Program-made: the position numbers and the translations under genes | DNA from: Daphnia carinata | Lineage: Eukaryota | DNA: 64,000 nt | Direction of reading: 5' to 3' | NCBI RefSeq assembly: GCF_022539665.2 | Contig: NC_081331.1 | Coordinates: forward strand, 2,976,001-3,040,000 | Notes under the pieces: model-generated | Seen by the model: the letters and a program-made list of their open reading frames with translations, nothing else | Databases searched by the model: none | Told to the model about the DNA's origin: nothing | In this document: one piece after another, positions 29,201-46,196 of the stretch | How the letters are laid out: the number at the start of each line of letters is the position of its first letter | How positions within the stretch are numbered: position 1 is the first letter of the stretch

Positions 29201-30721
29201 TATGAAGAAATGGAGCGGTTTCCGCAAGCGGAAATTCTTCGAATTCCCCTCGAGAAGGTTGTCATGGATATTAAGGTAAAAAACTCATACATTTATTTGG
29301 CAATTTGCACTCGAAAATTAATAACAAGCTATCATTTTCCCAATTAAGGCGTATAATGAAAACTTGAAGTCCATTGATTTCTTAAGCCGGACGCTAGAGC
29401 CTCCGTCACACCGTGCAATCCGAATCGCAATCCGAGAACTAGAGTCGATAGGTGCGTTGGATGAACATGAAAGACTTACACCATTGGGACGTCGTATTGC
29501 TCAGTTTTCAACACACCCACGTTTGGCCAAATCACTCGTGTTTGGTACCCTTTTTCGCTGTTTGGACCCCGTAGCATCTATAGTGGCAGGACTCAGCTCA
29601 GCACGTGAAGGCTGGTCAGTGGAATCGACGATTGACAACCAGAGACAAATTATTAGACAAGCAAAACATCGATTCCATCCCACGAGCGATCACTTGGCTT
29701 TGGCCAATTTGATGAGGCAATTTCGAAACCAACGTGGTCGGTATGAAGTCGATGAATTCTGCGAAAATTTCCAAGCTAATGTGAAATCACTTTACTTCCT
29801 CAAAGGTATTGCTCGGCTAGCCAAGATAGGCAAGGTCACGTTGATATTTCTTGTCTATAATTTAGGTGTGAGGAGCTTATTAGTTGACCATTTGAAAGAT
29901 GCGAATTTACTGGGTGATAGATCACATGCCGATTCCATTCGTCATCCGGTGAATCAACATGCAGACAATGAAGAAATGATAAAAGCGGCTCTCGTCATGG
30001 GGTTTGGTGATCGCATTCTCCGAGTGCGTAGGGGGAAGATTGTCAAGGGGATTATCAAATCTAACGAATTAGTCATTTTAAGCGAGTACGTGCATTATCT
30101 ACTAACTAGTCTTTGAATTCCATCAAGTTTAATGGATTTACATTTACAGGAAACACGGTTCCGTTCACGTAGTGCCTGATTCAGTCAATGCGGATAGTAA
30201 AATCAAATCCGATTTCATGATCTACTTCAACGGGATATTTTCAACGGAACGTAAAGCTTTCAGTAATATATATTTATTTAGTTTTCTATTAATAGCTAAT
30301 CCAATATGATGGTTTTAGTTGTAAGAGATACAACCCAGATTTCAAATATGACTGCCGTGTTAACGGCTGGAAGATCGTTCACTACAGGGACTCAGTTAGA
30401 CGACGTCAGCGACAGTTATGATGCGTCTGCAAGTATTACTATCGACGAGAGTAAAAATTTACAATTCGCTTGTTCCCCAAGGTAGTTTATTTATCGTTTG
30501 ATTACGCCATGAGCAGCCTGATAAAATCTTCATACTCAACACTATTTACTGACAGAGAATCGCGGTTACTAATGGATCTTCGAGATTCGTTGTCTGATAC
30601 CTGTGATTTTCTGCTGCGAACTGCAGGGCTACGTCAAACGAATGAGCTTACGTCAGTCGTAGGCAAATTCCACGGTCGACAAGTTGACATGCTAGCTCGT
30701 TTGTTATCAGCAAACAACTAG
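26202..30721 (+). CDS. DHX30: DEAH-box RNA helicase, DHX30-like, multi-exon
   Basis: GDTGCGKSTQ, TQPRRLAA, DEVH, MSAS, LVFLPGW, LATNIAETSLT, QRAGRAGR and HA2 LTPLGRRIAQF are all present. Two N-terminal dsRBD-like blocks contain L[KR]WP, as in DHX30. The N-terminus is basic and hydroxylated, so it may be a mitochondrial presequence. All introns are GT-AG. Confidence 0.85.
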
Positions 30722-31265
30722 GTAAGAGTGATAAGATAGTGATAAATTAACAATAAAAGAATTTTACTATAAAATTGCAAACTATGTAAGTGAAGTCAAA
30801 ACCAAGCTTTAATCAGCTATGTATTAGATTTTAAAGGTTTATTCACGTACATGGTCCTAAACAAAATATGTACATCAGTAACTCAAAGAAGGGATGAAAG
30901 CGTTGAAAATTGCTAATGTGTGGCCATTTGGCCGGAAAGACAAAACATATCAAATTAGGGAAACGGGATTTGACGTTTACAATAAAAAAAAAAAGAAAAA
31001 AAAAGTGTGGTCAGGAACCCACTAGTAGTGTCCACGGGCGCAAAGAAGACTGCGTAAAGGGTCTTGAAATGTGCAAGAATATTTAAGCGCGACTCCTTAG
31101 GTTCACATCTCGTACAAGCGAATCCTAATCCTCCGTTTCTAATGCCAACAACATAACTTCAGACTTAATAGTTACTTATAAATTCTTGATAACAAAATTG
31201 CGGTGTAGTACTTTACATGTCTAATAATCCCTTTTTTGGGTGGGCTAGCAACTATTGATTTTGCT

Positions 31266-32861
31266 TTAATTAAGAGCTTCTGGAGCAGGAACTTCGGGTA
31301 TAAGTGACGTGAAAAATCCGATCAACAAGTTTACTGCCACGTTGAAACCGCTCACAGTAGCAGGTTGTGGTTGAACTCTTTCAGTCGTCGCGGTGGCTGG
31401 ACGAGCTTCTCCTTGACCATCCACAGGATTATTGGGTGCTGCATCGGCAACGTCAATTCCAGCCACATGTTCAGGGTTGTGAATGACTTCTCTGTTAGGT
31501 GCGGCTGCATTATCGGTAAGTTCCCGGTTGCGACTAATAGCATTTCGTCTTTGATGAAGAGCTTTCTGGTAGAAGTAAATGCCAGCGACGATTAGGGTAA
31601 CCAACATAAAGCGTGGCAACGATGAATAGTAGTACATAACTCCAAGAAGGATGGCCAATCGTGACGTTATATAAACCCAATCAAGCCAATCACGGGCCTG
31701 TCGAGCGCCATCTTCGTCGTCCTCTTGTGCGACTCCACCAACTTGGGGTAGTGGCGGGCGTCTCTGTGGCTCTTGTTGAGGTCGATTGATTTCGACAGGG
31801 GCAGCAGGAGGTGGAGGTGGATGAGGAGAAACAACAGGCGGAGAAATGGGTTGAGGGTTAGGAGTCAAATATTGATGACTGTTGCTGACATGATGCAAAT
31901 ACTGTGCCCAATATTGCTGGGCGTACGTTTGCTGCCACCACAAAAATTGCTGTGTGACTGGATCAGCACCAGGTGCTTGGTTGCCCCACACAGGGAACTG
32001 TCCGTTGGTTAAATCCCACTCCGGTTGAGGTTGTTGCAACCCGGGGGGGGTCATCATGGGGGGTGGAGTAGTATCAGCCGTGTGACGAAGTCGTAATCCA
32101 TCATCCGCAATATTAGAATTGTTAACCTTAAAATTTAAAATAAATAAAGGTAAGAGCCAACATTTACATTAAATGAGACAATGGAAGAGAGGAAATATGT
32201 TATGCAGAATATGGAAATACTTTGTTTCTTATACACCAATCAAGGTTGACTCTATTTGTATGTGTTTCAAAGTGCCCAGGTAAAAACAATAATTTTTTAA
32301 CTTCTATGTTTTCCATTTCACTTGTAAATGATCCTTCCCCAGACCTTCATATGAAAGAATGTAACAGTAAACAATAAGAATTCTACATTGACATAAATCC
32401 CGTGACTAGTGGAGAGGGAGAGAGAGACAGAGAGAGAGAGAGAGTAAATGCAAGAATTTTAAGGCAATCCTAACAGTAAGGTAGAAACAAGTAATATGTA
32501 CTTACATTTGGTGTGTCAACTTGTTGACGGTTTTCGGCTGATGGAGTTCTTTTTAGGGTGTATACCAAGTGTAGTGTATGTCTCTGTTCATGGTCAAGGT
32601 CTCTTAGAAAATCCTGAAAGATTTCATTATCCTTCAGAAGTTTACCCTGATAAATCAGTCGTTGTTCTTCAGGATTCTAGAAAAGACAGTGTTATGAGTA
32701 GATGAAAAGCCTAATATTTTAGGGTGTCTTACTGGTTTTGATGGATATTGATTCTGAAGGTAAATCTTGAGTTGATTGACACTACTCGTTGATTCACAGC
32801 TATACACTACATCTGATAGCTTCAGGCTGGGAGTTTTTATTACCAGGGTAACTGGTGGCAT
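31266..32861 (-). CDS. HERPUD: HERP/HERPUD ER-stress ubiquitin-like membrane protein (exons 32861-32733, 32676-32506, 32126-31266), 386 aa
   Basis: N-terminal UBL domain (VTLVIKTP...YPSKP|NPEEQRLIYQGKLL...HTLHLV), DGLRLR, WWQQTYAQQYWAQY, RDWLDW...YYYSSLPRF and C-terminal FFTSLIPE. Confidence 0.93.
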
Positions 32862-33982
32862 AATGCTGAATTTTGAACACTGCTGAATCTGAAATGTAAT
32901 ATTGCAACCAAATTAAAATACTAAATTAGAAACTGTCTTTTTAGACACAATGGGGCCAAATCTTCTTCTTAGTAACTGCACTACAAAATGGAACTGGTTT
33001 TGTGCTGAAACCAGATCCTATATGTGAATCTAGGAATTAGAAAACCAGATAACTTATAAAAATAAGGCCACTTGAACTCCCAACCAATACGCCTACAATT
33101 TGCAAACGAAATGCGCACAACGTACCGACTATGAAGCTCGAGGAGTTTAGATTACAGCCAAGCCTCAAACACTAACGTTTGAGATAAATTCAGTATTTAC
33201 GAGCTTACTGAGCGAACAAAACAAAACACTTCTTGTCGCCGCGCACAGCTAAAACGTAATGACGCAACTGCTTAGAAGCAGACCACAGTGCTGCTTCGAC
33301 AGCTTTTTGCGGCCGCTGGGTGAGCGAACAAACAAAAAACAAATCCCCAGGCAAGTCTGGGAGATAGAGTTGTGAGAGCGGATAGTACAAAAAACGAAGC
33401 TCGAGCAAAACACAAAAACGAAAGTCATCTGCCCGTGAGGCCCTGACACAATATATGCAACTGCTAAGTAAACCTTGAGGTTCCTGCTTTTGGGTGTGCA
33501 TGCTACGAAAGAAAATGGCTATCTCCGCCTCGAAAAAGTTTTGGTTTTAGGGGACGCAAATACGTAAACAATCGAGGAACAACAAATTCGCCTGGCTTAT
33601 TTCGAGCCTGGGGTTCCCCACAAGGATGTAAGATTTGACTAAGTTAAAATCTACACTTTTCTAAATTATAATTTCTTGAAAAAAACTTATGAATGTCGGG
33701 TAGTTCACATTTCAATATTTTATTGTTTTGAACGGTGATCCGTAATGTAGGTGGCATAAGTTTTGACAAGAATTTAGTTAAATTGTCATCTTGGTATTTT
33801 ACGATGAGAACACATCTCCTGAGGAGAAAAGAGAAAACAGCCCTGTCATCATGATTCTGCAAGACCTTTGGCAAATATTTAAAAGTCTTTCTCTGTTGGC
33901 CATTTTTTTTTTCAGCGAAAACGTAACTGTGATCGCCTTGCAATATGTGGCATGCAGCTGTTAGTAAATATCAGATTATCAG

Positions 33983-34072
33983 CACGTCAGAATATTATTG
34001 CAATCCAGTTTATTCGTCACAACCGGATTGGTCGATTGTAATGATGCTCGGGCATAACGGGATTGGTCGACG
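33983..34072. promoter_or_regulatory. UPRE-like and ERSE-II-like elements between divergent HERPUD and NUDT19
   Basis: CACGTCA at 33983, ATTGGTCGA at 34027, and ATTGGTCGACG at 34062, which is one mismatch from ERSE-II ATTGG-N-CCACG. Confidence 0.35.
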
Positions 34073-34589
34073 TAATCAAACAAGTGTAATCATTACAGCT
34101 CCTGTTCGTAGCGCCAGTCTGTGTGTTGAGCCATCATCAATATTTTTCGAATTTATACTTTAAAATTATTGACGAAAGTGTTAGTATAAAAAATTCTTAT
34201 TATACAGTGCTTACTCTTGTTAGTCAACATATATAAGGAATTTTATTCTGAAAATTTCCTAAACTGATCGTAAAAATTTCACATAAACTTCAGAACTAGA
34301 TTAGTGCGACAGCGACTGCACCTTGCGACGGTTGCTTCATCGGCCAACAGAGGCGCCTGTGCATTGACGGAAAAGATCCTCAAAGATGTATCGTTAACAT
34401 CAATATTACCTGTTTTCAAGGTCATGCATAAATTGCATTTTCTGCATTTTGCATAAATATTTTCTGGTTTGTTGGCAAACGAAAATAACTCAACATCAAT
34501 ATACAGTTTGAAGGACTTTACAACCTAGTTTAGGAAAGCTGGAAATGTGAAGTACAACTGTTTAATTTGTTTTACATTTCCTTACAATC

Positions 34590-36208
34590 ATGGGTCCAGT
34601 GTCGTGGAAGAATGCATCAACATTGGTATATCTGTCGCGTAAAGAAACATGCGGACGAAACTTAATTATATTTTCTTCAACAGATTGTATTAGCTAGAAA
34701 TCGACTCAGCCAGTTTGTTATCAGTAACAATAAGAATGATGTGCAAAGACTGCTTCCTGACTATAGCTGCATGTTATTGAAACGTAGTTCCCAAAGTAAA
34801 TTCTTTGCTAATGCTTTTGTCTTTCCTGGAGGAGCCACAGAAGTTGCAGATTTTTCTCCATCTTGGCTGGAGCATTTTAATGAACATGGCTACAATCGAG
34901 AAAAGTTAGCATCACACTTTGTTGTATCCCAGCCCGATAAAGTTCCGCTGTATGCTGATATTCCCAATTCAGACTGCATACCAGAAGTTGGTTATCGTAT
35001 CAGTGCCATTAGAGAAACATTTGAGGAAACAGGGGTTCTATTTTGCAAACCAGCCCAAATTCAGGGACAGTCTAATAATATTCTGAAAGTCGATGATTTG
35101 ATAGAATGGCAAAAACGCATCCATCATAATCCCGAAGAGTTTCTCCATTTGTGCAAAAAATATTTTTTGCTCCCTGATCTCTGGTCATTATATGAATGGT
35201 CTAACTGGCTTACTCCTACCAATATGGGTCCTAAGCGATATGATACCATGTTTTATGTCTGTGTCGTTGACAGCATCCCGGATGTTCGAATCGATGGAAA
35301 GGAGATCACCCAAGTTCTGGTATATAAGTGGTGTAGTTTTAAAAAAAAATCAATATTCTTTTATTATTTTACAGTGGACCGATCCGTACAATGCCATTTT
35401 AAAACACGTACAAGGTCAGATTTGGTTGGCTCCTCCGCAGCTTTTTGAACTATGCCGATTCGCCCAGATCGATACTGTTGAAGACCTGAAAATATTTTGC
35501 GAAAAAAGGCAACAAAAAGGGATAGAACGTTGGCTTCCCATTCGCTCTCAGTTCGAAGAAGGATATATGACCATACTTCCGGGTAAGTTCTTAGACTTAC
35601 CTCTTACGTGTCATAGGAATATTGCTGTATGGGAAAATTCTGTACGTACAGGTATGAAAATCCGACAACAGAAAGAATATTCTAGATATAGGGTTTTTTT
35701 TGCTGTTCAGGTGAAAGTTTTGAGCCGAAGAACCTATTATGTAATTATGTGTTGCAGTATTGTACAGTAGGCTATCCCTTCGAAATTTCTTTGAAAGCCA
35801 CCGGCATATTGTTTAAAAGTGGACTTGACCTCGTTTTAGTGGAGTAGTCGAAAGGGAAAGTTTCACGTGCTGACTAGGCTTGCTAAGAACTTTCCATCGC
35901 TATATTTGATGGAGCAATTTTTTTTATATGTTGGGTTTACTTTCCCTTTTACTGTATGGCTACATGTTTGTATTTCTAACCCTTACTCAGGTGATTCGCT
36001 GTACCCGGTACCTAAAGAAACCAACAGTTCAAACATCGAAGATGGACAGTTAAGCTCAAAAAATATGGAGATATTAAAAAACAGGATTTGCTTTACAAGC
36101 CCAAATCTCTTCCGGATAGTTTGTAACGTCGTTGATCCCCATGGTCATAAGCAACCCAGAAATTTAGTCGACGAGATGACTGAGAATATGCATCAGTCGA
36201 AAATGTAG
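34590..36208 (+). CDS. NUDT19: Nudix hydrolase NUDT19 (acyl-CoA diphosphatase), exons 34590-34625, 34684-35319, 35375-35582, 35991-36208, 365 aa
   Basis: WKNASTLIVLAR, LLKRS, FVFPGG, AIRETFEETGVL, EWSNWLTP, RYDTMFY, IWLAPPQ and LPGDSLY. Ends in SKM, a PTS1-type tripeptide. Confidence 0.93.
35583..35990 (+). other. Highly structured 408-nt intron 3 of NUDT19
   Basis: Perfect complementary pairs: 35585-35594/35883-35892 (10 bp), 35851-35861/35939-35949 (11 bp), 35763-35769/35950-35956 (7 bp), 35582-35588/35595-35601 (7 bp), plus four local hairpins. Confidence 0.55.
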
Positions 36209-38463
36209 ATTTCTTGTCGATAAACAACAAAAGCAAAAGAACATACAACTTAAGAACTTGAAGAAGTTTTCTTTAGCAAAGTAACCTTCGGCAAAGGTAT
36301 TCTGTCACTGTCCGTTAAATGCAAAAATTCTTAATCATGTTGTAATGCTGAGATTATTTTGTTTTCATTTTCATGAAACTGTTATGCAAATAGTTGCGAA
36401 AAATTTATGTGACTCTTTTGGTATATTGGGAAACACTTTCACGAATTCCACTGTGCATTGCAGGAGACCGTGTACACACAGATCTCGCAGACACGTACAA
36501 GGTACACAGTTCTGTACATTGTGATAGTTATCGGACTCCGCCTACCTGTAGTAGTAAGCCTTAGTAGTCAAACGGATATAACTTTCCAGTTAGGATTAAA
36601 AAGTCAGTGACCCATTAGGGTGATTCTTCACATTCAATATTTTTTTGGTCTTGTGATAAGCAGGTAAGCTAAAAAGTTGTTCAAACTGGTTTTTGTGTCT
36701 TTATAGAGAAAAGGCAGTCCTCCAATACGTGATATTTCTTTGTTGTATTTGATAGATGACACAGCAGTTCATCGACACCGTTACCCGATTTCTTTTTAAT
36801 ATGTAAGAAACCTTTAAAAAATATGTGGATTAATACCAGTGTTATTTTTCTCGACTCCCAACAGCTATCTTATAACCTTAACGTCAAGGAAATAACTAAA
36901 TTCCGTTAAATAGTCAAAATTTCGATAGAAAATCTAACTTATGTTAGAGAAGATCGACTATGCACCCTGCCTTGGATATCAACAAATTAGAAATTTTGGT
37001 TACGGCGATATGAAAGTCTTAGACGAAATTCCTCCTGGTCGGGAATACGAGGTTTTGAGTTGCATAGGTAATAGGTCAGCGAACGCATGGCCTATGCGGT
37101 TCACACCGGATTTCGAAAAGATGTTTATTCGGCAACACTTTCTACTCAGGCTGCTATTTGTAAACGCAGCTGCCATCTCACGATTTCCATGCTGTGAAGA
37201 CACCACTGTAAAGTATACAATTGTACTCTCCTGATGAGAAGATACCATGATGAAGGCCTTCGTTTCTTTAAATTACCTCCAGGCCTTTTGTCTTCAATGT
37301 TTTGATCTTAGACATTAGAGTTTTCTTTCCATTCCCTTTTTCATTCCTTATTGAATACCTATTACTCTTATTGCTTATACAGACTTGCCTTCATTGTTTG
37401 TGACATTTCCTGACTCGCTCACGAACCTTGTTCCAGTTGAATTTTCCCTTGGGCTCGTAATGGATGAAAAACCAGATTTTGTTTCGAATGTCAAACGTCT
37501 GTCCTTTCAAAGAACGCTTTCCTTCTAAGTTTCAATAGACTTATAGTTTCCTATTGGATTACATAGACATAACCTCTAATTTCCTCATTCTTACGATCGT
37601 ATGCCCCTAATTTTTTATTTCAGATTTGAATATTATATGTAAAAATTTTGTGTTCAATTTTAATACCCAAATTGACAACTATCTACTGGGTGTTTACCTT
37701 ACACAAATTTGCGTTAGTGAATAGTGCTTCATGTCGAGTTTCTGCTTACGTAAAAGATGACATTAATGTATTGAGTATCAACTTTCTCTTTGCCTACTAT
37801 TCTATAAACGTGTCCGTATGTACGTGTAGTAAATTCAACAGCAAGAAATAGCCAAGGTGATTTCGAAATTCACTCTTTCCATGTCAGAACTAATTGAGTC
37901 TGTAAAGTTCGAACGAGACCTAAATGCTAGTTTAGAAAGAGAGGTGGTATTAATAGAACAGTTAACCTAGATGTTAATGTACGGTCTCGTTCACTAGCTG
38001 TTCAGCAGATACAAACAGTCGAGAAGCGGTGGCTCATAGCTGTTGTGTTCGGCAACACTTTAACAGGTACTAAGATTGAATTCACCGGAAAACATGGATC
38101 ATTATTTTCGACATCGATAACTACAGCCATCGAGGAACCATAAATCCTCCAACTTATACCCTTCTTTTAAAACTAAATTCAAGTCTTCAGGTTTCACAGA
38201 GATGTTGAGTAGCGCATTTTCCATGATTGGTATCTCGTTATGGTATAGAGAGAGAAATGGTTCGATTTTGAAAGTGAGCGCGTGAGAAAGTTGGACATGT
38301 GTGTCGTCTGCTTTCTTAGTCTAAACAACTGATTCGGAACACTTGTTTTGCACGTTCTGAGTATTTTGACAGTTATATCTTTCAAGAAGTGTTAACCATG
38401 CGAAACATGGAGTTTACCTAGACAAAATCTGACTTGGGGTACATTCTGACGTGTTTAGAAAAA

Positions 38464-42787
<4,324 letters not shown>

Positions 42788-45700
42788 AAATGTAAGTCTA
42801 TCCTTTCGTTTGTTTCTTTAAACCAAATGGATTTTTGGAAGGTTGGGAGTTTTTTATGGAAAACGGAAGCTATGTATCACAGGCTATGCCTCCCTTTTAA
42901 ATCCATTTGTGTTTGTTTTTTATCGCAAATGTTCTGTCGCTGTTTCAGTGTGAGAAGAGATCGCGTTCTCAGTTTGTGCTGGTTCCGAGTAAGTCTTCAC
43001 AATGTTCACCGAATTCGTATGTATGTTCTGTCAATCAATTGTTTTTTTAATCACAGCTCAGATAGGGCAATGAAATTTCCTGCTTGCGGTGTGAAGAGCG
43101 AGGTTGCAAATAAATCACGGACAAATCCGATTGCGCTTTCTTACAAGATTGCATCATTTACGTACACCAAATAACTGATTAAGTTACAGCGATAGGTTGT
43201 CTTCAATAGGCACGCCCATTAGTTAATCCTCTCGGGTTCCATCACAAGTCTGAAAATTGAAAATTAATGCAAGTGGTCGTATCGTTAATTGAATTACCGA
43301 TCGAGATTGAGAAGTAGCTTTTTCGTTTGTGTGAAGATTTAATGTATTATTACAATGTAGACACCACTTGCATCTAAGGCAGATGTTTGTTAGCAGATAT
43401 TAAAAAGAACCTGTCGGGTGCGTCTGGCAAAAATAAAATCATTGGACATCTAATAAGAATTCTCGCAGCTCGGGTACTCTCCAAAATTCAATTAAGGTTT
43501 GGAAGGATGATGGACGGGATCGAGCGGCGACGCTGAGCTTTATGTCCTCCATCACATAATGGGCGGTGGAAGGGGAGGAATTGATAAGAGGGCGAAAACA
43601 TGACAGCTATACATTTTCGCAAGGAACCAAAGCTATATGTGTATATATAGACCTACTGGCAGACCCAGCTTCCTGTGGATTTCTTGTCCCTCACATTCTA
43701 TTCGCCAACTGTGTGGTTGGAACGAAGAAACTGTAGAACATTGATGGTGACTCTAAGGAGTTTATTTAAATTTGTGAAGCTTATAAAACAGAAGTTGTAA
43801 AGCGCATTGGGTTGCACTTCGTCTTCTTGTCGCACTTTGGGGCTTCTGCCGAGTAATCAATTTAGTCTTCACTTGAGAAAGGCGACGAAAGTCATGTTGA
43901 CGGTTATACCTTTTCCACGACAAGTCGACTTGGGTTACCAACAAACTTTGATAAGCTTAAAACAACGAAAATGCCACCGCATTTGCATTTAGAAAGAAGC
44001 CCGTTATGTCTGTACCATGCCTTCATCTATTTAATGCGTTTTGACAGGCTCTATTCATAGAATCAAATGGCTTGCCACACAAAATCATAGTGTGAAAGTA
44101 AACAAACTTTCACATATTCAGAAACTATTACCTGTGCGTCAGGCCCCAGCGTATGAAGAAAAAAAAATGAGTGTGTGATGAAGATGATTTGTTTCTAACG
44201 TCAATTCTAATCCTTCAGATTCTCATGAGTAAAACAAAAAAGACGCGGTTTGCTTAAAAGCGAAAATTTAATGGCAAGTTTTTTTGTGTTTATTTTTACA
44301 TTTTACTTGATGATAGGATTACAATAGTTTAGCCCGGCTATAGACGTAAGAACCAGATTTTTCTTTGCGACGTCCAAACAAGTTGAACGTCTTTAATATA
44401 CGTCAGCGCGATAGACTTCCTACTACAACATACGAGTAGGGCAGCGGAGCTGTAAGTTTCATCTAAAAAAATTACGAGGTGCGGCAGACATAAATGTTTG
44501 AAACAAATTTTATTTTTACTAGAATTGGTCTGCACTCTGTTGTTGGTATATGCTTTTCCACAAGAAGATGGATTTTACGTTCTCGTATGTGTCAGTTGAC
44601 ATAAGGGATCTGTGCTCGATGCCTCATCGTGAATGTGAGTCGCCTTCGCTGGGTAAACCGTTATTCTACTTAGGGATGCAAAGACCGGAATAAAAGAGGG
44701 TCAGAGTGGTGCAAGCTTGTAGTTTCCAATTTTCGGACCCAGAGGGTAAGGAGGAGCTGGAAGGCAACTCCCTATGCAATTTCGGTGCAGCCAAAACTTG
44801 CCAATTTGGTAGTTGGTTGGCAATTGTTTGGCAATGCAAATCCCAGGGATGTACAACTGCAAACGATGTGCCGGAAGCCATGCATTTAGACCAACTTTTC
44901 ATTATGCGTTCATTGTACGTTCTTTCGTCCGTCGCGCTTTGTTCCACTTTTTCGTGTGTTAGGCATATCTGTACAGAATGCCCGCTGGAAGGCATTTCTC
45001 GGAATTTTACTGGAACATGGAATTATGGTACGTCAAATTATCCTACTTCTTAATATATATAGAAAAATGAATTTTAGATCAAACCACATCTAGACTTTCT
45101 TTTGTTAATCGATTCTATTATGCAGAGAAACAAAGTGCTTGTTTCCTAGTAAATGAGTCCGTGTTAAGGTTTTCTTCGGGTGGTCTCATCAGACAGCTGT
45201 GTCGTGATGATAGTTTCTATGCCATTGAAGAACTAGGAAACCAAGTTCGTGCTAAATTAATTGGGGATTAGGTACAATTTTTTCCTGTTACCATAGTCTC
45301 CATAGTTCTGGCAGAGAAAAATTATGCCCTCATTCAAATGCATTTGTATTCTTTTCAATCAATTCTCAAGGACCACTAAATATATATCAACTAGATGTGC
45401 GACAGTCCCGTATTCTAGGAATAACACTATTGCACGTACGTCTTGCCTCCTGCAGCAAAGCTATATTGTAGCTCAGAGCTGGTCTCATGCGGCTGAAGAC
45501 GCTGTTTCTCCAAGTACTTTCTTCTTTCGCAACATTAAGTTCTCTGCTGGGAATCTCAAGAGGGACGTATTGTGCCGCTAGATGAGCCATATATCTTTTT
45601 GGTAAGCATTCAAAAAAAAAACCCTTCTCCTTTTTTTTGGCTTGTTTGGCTATATACTTTCCGATCGATATCCAAGAAAAAAGAGAATGAGCTTATTCCA

Positions 45701-46103
45701 GAATGATCTTGTATAATCGCTCTAAGCCATAGACGTCTAATGTTTGCTTTTACACATTTTTTCATGGATCTTTTGTATCGGTCTTTGTCTTTTGTATTTC
45801 GTTATTGTCATTCTATGCTCCCATTAATCAAATCGTGTTCGTGGGTCACCTTTGCTTGTTAAAATGGAAGTTTGATTGGCTTGTATTTATATGAATGAAA
45901 TGAGCGAAAAATTTGGGCTCATTTTGTCGGGCTTATTTTTAAACCTGACTATATCATAGAAATTCGGTCTTATAATTTTCACAATATATTCATTTAACAT
46001 AACGTCTAAACCTAAAACAAAAGGTTGATTTTGGAATACGCATTTGTTTTCTCGTTAAAACAGGCATTTTTTTAATAAATGGAAAACGTGCTACGTGCAT
46101 GCG

Positions 46104-46196
46104 AGCATTTATCACCCGTTTTTTGTATTTATTACAAAAACTATAAGTTTAGCATTTATCACCCGTTTTTTGTATTTATTACAAAATCTATAAGTC
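46104..46196. repeat. Tandem duplication of about 47 bp inside the foldback region
   Basis: AGCATTTATCACCCGTTTTTTGTATTTATTACAAAA[A/T]CTATAAGT occurs twice in tandem. Confidence 0.9.

Noticed and set aside
35700..35930. Intron-embedded RNase P RNA, TPP riboswitch or U1 snRNA in the NUDT19 intron
   Set aside because: Only fragmentary likenesses. There is no CR-V partner (AATTCAGACT-like) for RNase P, no TGAGA motif for TPP, and no proper U1 stem-loop I or Sm site.
36941..37234. 97-aa ORF between NUDT19 and MBTPS1
   Set aside because: No recognisable domain and no convincing exon chain. A decayed gene fragment cannot be excluded without a homology search.
45150..45220. Hammerhead-like CTGATGAG and GAAAC on the minus strand (also CTGATGAG near 26075 and 37231)
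   Set aside because: Stems II and III and the NUH cleavage triplet cannot be formed.
43700..45600. Several 60-115 aa ORFs downstream of MBTPS1
   Set aside because: No motifs and no consistent splice structure.
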